The translations under genes and the position numbers were made by a program. Below the pieces are notes generated by a model that saw only the letters and a program-made list of their open reading frames with translations, made no database searches and was not told the DNA's origin. A stretch of DNA of 64,000 nucleotides. It comes from Blepharisma stoltei ATCC 30299. Taxonomy: Eukaryota; Protista; Ciliophora. The number at the start of each line of letters is the position of its first letter. The stretch's first letter is position 1. Shown here piece after piece: positions 59,801 through 64,000 of the stretch. Location of the stretch: NCBI GenBank assembly GCA_965603825.1, contig CBFDEM010000062.1:124001-188000 (forward strand), read 5' to 3'.

Positions 59801-62800
59801 AAGAAACTGAGAACTATCTCTAACCGACAATAGCGTGAAAGGATATAAATACCTATGATTTGATACCGCTGTTTTCGGATAATTCGTCAAATCATCCACA
59901 AGAAGATTCCCCAAAAATCCAGAAAATTCTGAGCCTCCATTTCTAATCAAAATCGCTGTATCTGTATTTTGTATCGACACAAGTGCAATACACAGTTCTT
60001 TTTGGACATTATTTAGATATAAATCAAGTTTTTCTATTTTCAAACTTAAATTAAAAAGGACATGGTCTGACTGAAGTTTTCCTAATGTCTGCTGATGTGT
60101 AAGTGCGCTAACTACTGAAGATGGGTCTGAATACCTTGCAAAAGCAAAAAAATTTAAGATGATTCCTATAATGTCAGGATTCCAATTTATTTGTAAAGTC
60201 CCAAAACTTGCCATAGAAACCACATCTGTATCATTATAATCTAAAGATGCCCTTGAAATGTATTGGAATTTGAAGTCCATTAAGCCTTTATCTTCATTTA
60301 AAGTCCTTACGAAATAGTTAAAATGAATAGAAGGACTATTTCGCTGCAGATCTTTAATGTTTAAAGACTCAAGAGTTGCGTGGACTCCTAAGTCAAAAGT
60401 GTTTAGCAATCCTTTCATTGAAAGCTCGTTCAGCTCAAACTCAGCAAGCTCAGCTCCTTCTTCATTGCTCAGCTTTAGTGAAATTTCGGGGTATGAAAAA
60501 TCAATTACACACCATAGCTTATTTGCCTTTGGAGTTGGGTCTTTTGCTGCTGCACTTGTATATGTCATTAATTCAGTGATTTGGTCATTTAATTTTTCCA
60601 TCCATTTTTTCATTTCTGATGGCTTGTCAAAAGCTATTACACATTCGCCAAACCTGTTTAATAGTTTTAGGGTGTTAGGAATCCCAATTTGATCTGATAT
60701 ATCGACAACACTGCAATCTTTAATATAATAATAATTCGCTGCAAGTGTTTCTTTTTCGTTATTGAAGAAATAGATATACCCAGCAGAAAGGACTGCAAAA
60801 TAGTGGTGCCAGGACTGAATACTTGCATTTTTTTTCTTTAATTTTGAGATTGTGACTGCTTTTCTCATGATAATCCTTTTTTCCAAAATAATGGTACTCC
60901 ATACCTCGTCATCTAACTTAAATATTTCACCCAGCCTTAAAATTTGATTATAAATAGAAGGCGAAAGGATCACTCTCAATACAGGAATTGACCCTGACAT
61001 AACTAAATCAGCTACCTCAATGAATTGCCTTTCGTTTTTTTCCCATTTTCGTTTTTTATATCTTGATTTCAGTACATCTAAAGAGGTATTTATCTCAAAA
61101 GATGGGACAACTGGGGTAAAATTAATAAAATCCAGCGAATGCAGAAAACTTATATTGGAAATGTGAATATAAAATTCTTCATATAGCCCTTCTGCTTCAG
61201 AAATTTCATTATAAATTTCAGCTTCTCCTAGATTAAGTATAAACTTGCCTTGACCAGTTGGAGACGGAAGCGTTATTCGTGGGCCACAAGCGTGGATTTT
61301 TAAAATGTATTTGGTTTCCCCATATAGCAAATCAGTCAAAGTCTCTTGTGTTGAGTCTTGAAATTCTTGTAAAGTATCTCATGCAGCTGCTTTGGTGGCA
61401 TCCGCAACGTTTGGGACTATAAAAAAAGAGCAAAACATACATAAAGCATCTGGATTAAAATTCACCTCAAAAGGCTGTGACTGAAATTCTACAGATGCAG
61501 CGACATCTTCAGATTCAGGCTTTAACGAGATTGCAAGTAAGGCTAAAGGTAAGGTATTTTCTTGCAATTTTTGGCAAACAATTTTTTCGCCTTCAGAAGT
61601 TACTGATATTATAGATATACTTTGGGCAGAAATACACAAATCTCCACCAGGCGTTCTTAAAGCGATTTTAAATAGGAATCTTTCATGTCTGAATTCTAAG
61701 CTTTCTAATTCTTCCCCACTTCCTTTTTTATATTTACAAAGCTCAAGGGAGCCTTTTTGTAGTCGAAACTCGAATTCAAGCCACACATAACTTTTTGAGA
61801 CTTCAGAAGGCTGCCATTCTTGTATGCTTTCACCAAAAATCTGTTCATAAGCTTCATCATCTTTTTCTTTGGTTGTTTCTGGCCCGCCTCATATATAAGA
61901 CATCCATCCTCTTTTCTTCGAATTTTCTACTTTTTCTTTTTCTTCTTTATCTAATACAGAAAGAACTTGGTCAGTTCATTTTCGAAGCTCTTCTAAAGGG
62001 GTAATAAAAATAATTCTATTATATAAAGCAGTCTTTTCTGGGCTTAATGATCCTTCTTTTTTTAATTTTAGATGAAGAAGCTTGTAATTCGATTCATAAA
62101 AATCTTTTAGGTCTTTAGGTATTTTAAACAAATCAACTGCACGATTTTTTCTTTGTTTAACTGTTTTTAATACACATTCAATTCCAAATTTAAGAAGTGA
62201 CCGAGGGGTTCTTTCTATAGGGCTAAGTGCGACGAATTTCTTTTTATTTTCTCTAATTGGAAGTTACGCTTTAAGTATGAATTTATTATACTCAGCTAAA
62301 TAGTCACAGACTTTTACAATGTCATGAAACTGTTTTTGATGGAATTTTGTATAGATTTCAGGCATAGCTACATCAATTGCATATCTTGGTTTGTCCAGCT
62401 GTGTTAAGTCTCCATTGTGGATAATTTGTGTTGTGGCGTTAACTATTTATATCTTACTTGGCAATATTAAATAATCATTAATTTGACACTCATATGTTCT
62501 CTTTTTTAAAGCTTCAATAATTTCATTTTCTGAGCTTAATTGGCTCAATATTTTGTCGTCATCATTTTTCCAATAAATCCCAAGTCCGACAATATTCAGC
62601 AATTTATATATCGATTTCCCAGCACTGCCTTCTTGCTGTCTATCAGTATATTCTTTATTCCAATATTGATTTGTAGTGTAACATTCAACTTTTTCTAAAG
62701 TAAGCCCACTTGAAAACCGTCTTCCGTCCATATTGTGTTCAAACCTAAAATGTATATCTTCAATCGTGACTTTTAAATTATCAATTATTCTTGAAGCAAG

Positions 62801-63226
62801 TTTTTCAAGATAACTTTTTTGCTTTAATTCTTCTTCCGCCGATAGAGTTTTTTGTTCTTGTAATTGCTTCCACCTTAGCTCATTTGCTGCTATATGTTCT
62901 TTTCTTCGCAAAATTTCTCCATCCTCGCTGTAATTTCATGTGTTCTTCTGTTGAGGGGTAACTATTGCAAATACCCCTTGGAGATTAATTTCAACAGGAC
63001 TGCTTCCAAGCTGTAGCCATGGAATTCTTATTTCAAGTCTAGATACACGAGAATAGTGAAGAATTAAAGGAAGTTGAAGCATTAATAAAGTTTCGGTCTT
63101 AAGATGAACATTTTCTAGAATTATGTCTCCACTTCACACAGCAATTTTTAAATTTTCCCTATCAAGCCCTTCGATATATTTTCCAAGTTTTGCGAGAAGA
63201 ATTCTTTCAAGTAAGGCTTCAAACAT
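53849..63226 (-). CDS. VPS13: VPS13 lipid-transfer protein, about 3115 aa; introns 62443-62457 and 62253-62267
   Basis: Chorein-N MFEALL...LGKYIE...IAV[TGA]SGDIILEN, IIDNLKVTIEDIHFRFE, WEPFIE, VAB repeats, LQIDNQ, LGNPIGLL, ATG2_C-like helices; eight TGA. Confidence 0.95.
62253..62267 (-). other. 15-nt intron
   Basis: GTAACTTCCAATTAG; retention gives TAA. Confidence 0.86.
62443..62457 (-). other. 15-nt intron
   Basis: GTAAGATATAAATAG; retention gives TAA. Confidence 0.86.
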
Positions 63227-63458
63227 TTTTTCACTATTTATTGCGAAAAGTGGCTTGGCACATAAAATGAGCCAAAAAGCATTCTGTGAAAAATGGAGTG
63301 TTTTATAATGCTGGGTTAATTAAGAATATAGAGACTAATAGGCGCTGAAGACTGGAACTTTTAATTAATATCGTAATAATTTAGTATTTCAACAATTGAA
63401 AGTGTGGTGAATTTAACATAAATTATAAAACAAATCTCTTAACAATTTTACAAGTTAT

Positions 63459-64000
63459 TTATAGATTATCATGAATAATCATACTCTTTGACTCATCCAC
63501 AGTTGACATTGATGGCCTTGCTCGAATTTCTTCTGAATTAATTGACTCTTTTCTACTGCTGCAGCTTCCTTGAGATAAAATTCTCTGTGAAGGCTGACTA
63601 TTTGTATCGTAATAGCTTTTTGGTAGGATAGAATTTAAATATACCAAGCGTTCTACTTCATGGTGAACCTTGCTAAGCTCTTTACTAAGATTTCTTATTT
63701 CTTTATCCCTTTGGCTCATATGGGATTTTATTTCTTGCATAGACTCTTCTACATTTTCTAATTCTGATATAATTTTTTCTTTATCGATTTTATATTTAAT
63801 TATCTGGTCTTCAAGAAAAATTTTTCTTTTTAAATCAGCTCGCTCATCTCATTGCTTTACTGATTCTTTATTGGAGTTTTTATTCCACTTTTTATCTTTT
63901 GATGCATCACAAATTTGTTGTATCAGGCTTTTCTTTTCTTCTTTTAAGTCTGCGACTTTATTGTCAAGATTTTTGCTTTCGTTATTGATAATTTTTACTT
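63459..64000 (-). CDS. Coiled-coil protein, 3' part (5' end outside the window)
   Basis: Frame continues upstream through TGA 63849-63851 to the window edge. Confidence 0.7.

Noticed and set aside
1-64000. Many short track ORFs antisense to the genes (e.g. 1..207, 6013..6342, 38849..39277)
   Set aside because: S/F/L-rich shadows of E/K-rich sense genes, with no motifs.
1-64000. TGA as pseudogene stops, selenocysteine, Cys, or a Mycoplasma/mitochondrial code
   Set aside because: TGA sits at Trp-consensus sites in essential eukaryotic nuclear genes with spliceosomal introns.
1-64000. CRISPR arrays, rRNA, prokaryotic operons
   Set aside because: None seen; the sequence is eukaryotic.

Overview
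Gene-dense, AT-rich eukaryotic DNA from a heterotrich ciliate, most likely a Blepharisma macronuclear (somatic) chromosome. Three lines of evidence support this. (i) About 54 in-frame TGA codons (hand count) fall largely at conserved Trp positions, while every complete gene model ends in TAA/TAG, so UGA=Trp. (ii) There are 12 well-supported (plus 1 candidate) 15-16-nt GTA...TAG introns, all with A six nt from the 3' end. (iii) Intergenic spacers are as short as 18 bp. The ORF track used the standard code and fragments most genes; re-reading gives about 35 genes, including RSP3, a CNBD K+ channel, FAH, NHE, CDPK, two tandem M1 aminopeptidases, a PKD2-like channel, CEP120, AHI1, RPN6, SEC61A, CCDC191-like, GST, BBS5, CDC27, mL59, SDHAF4, RalGAP-beta-like, anoctamin and VPS13, plus a tRNA-His(GUG). 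The most unusual items are a decayed OTU-protease/H2C2/DDE-integrase (Ginger-like) element beside the tRNA, whose integrase core is interrupted by TA-bounded, IES-like insertions, and a RING/B-box/coiled-coil protein ending in an MLLE (PABC) domain. All family calls come from motif recognition by eye; no searches were run.
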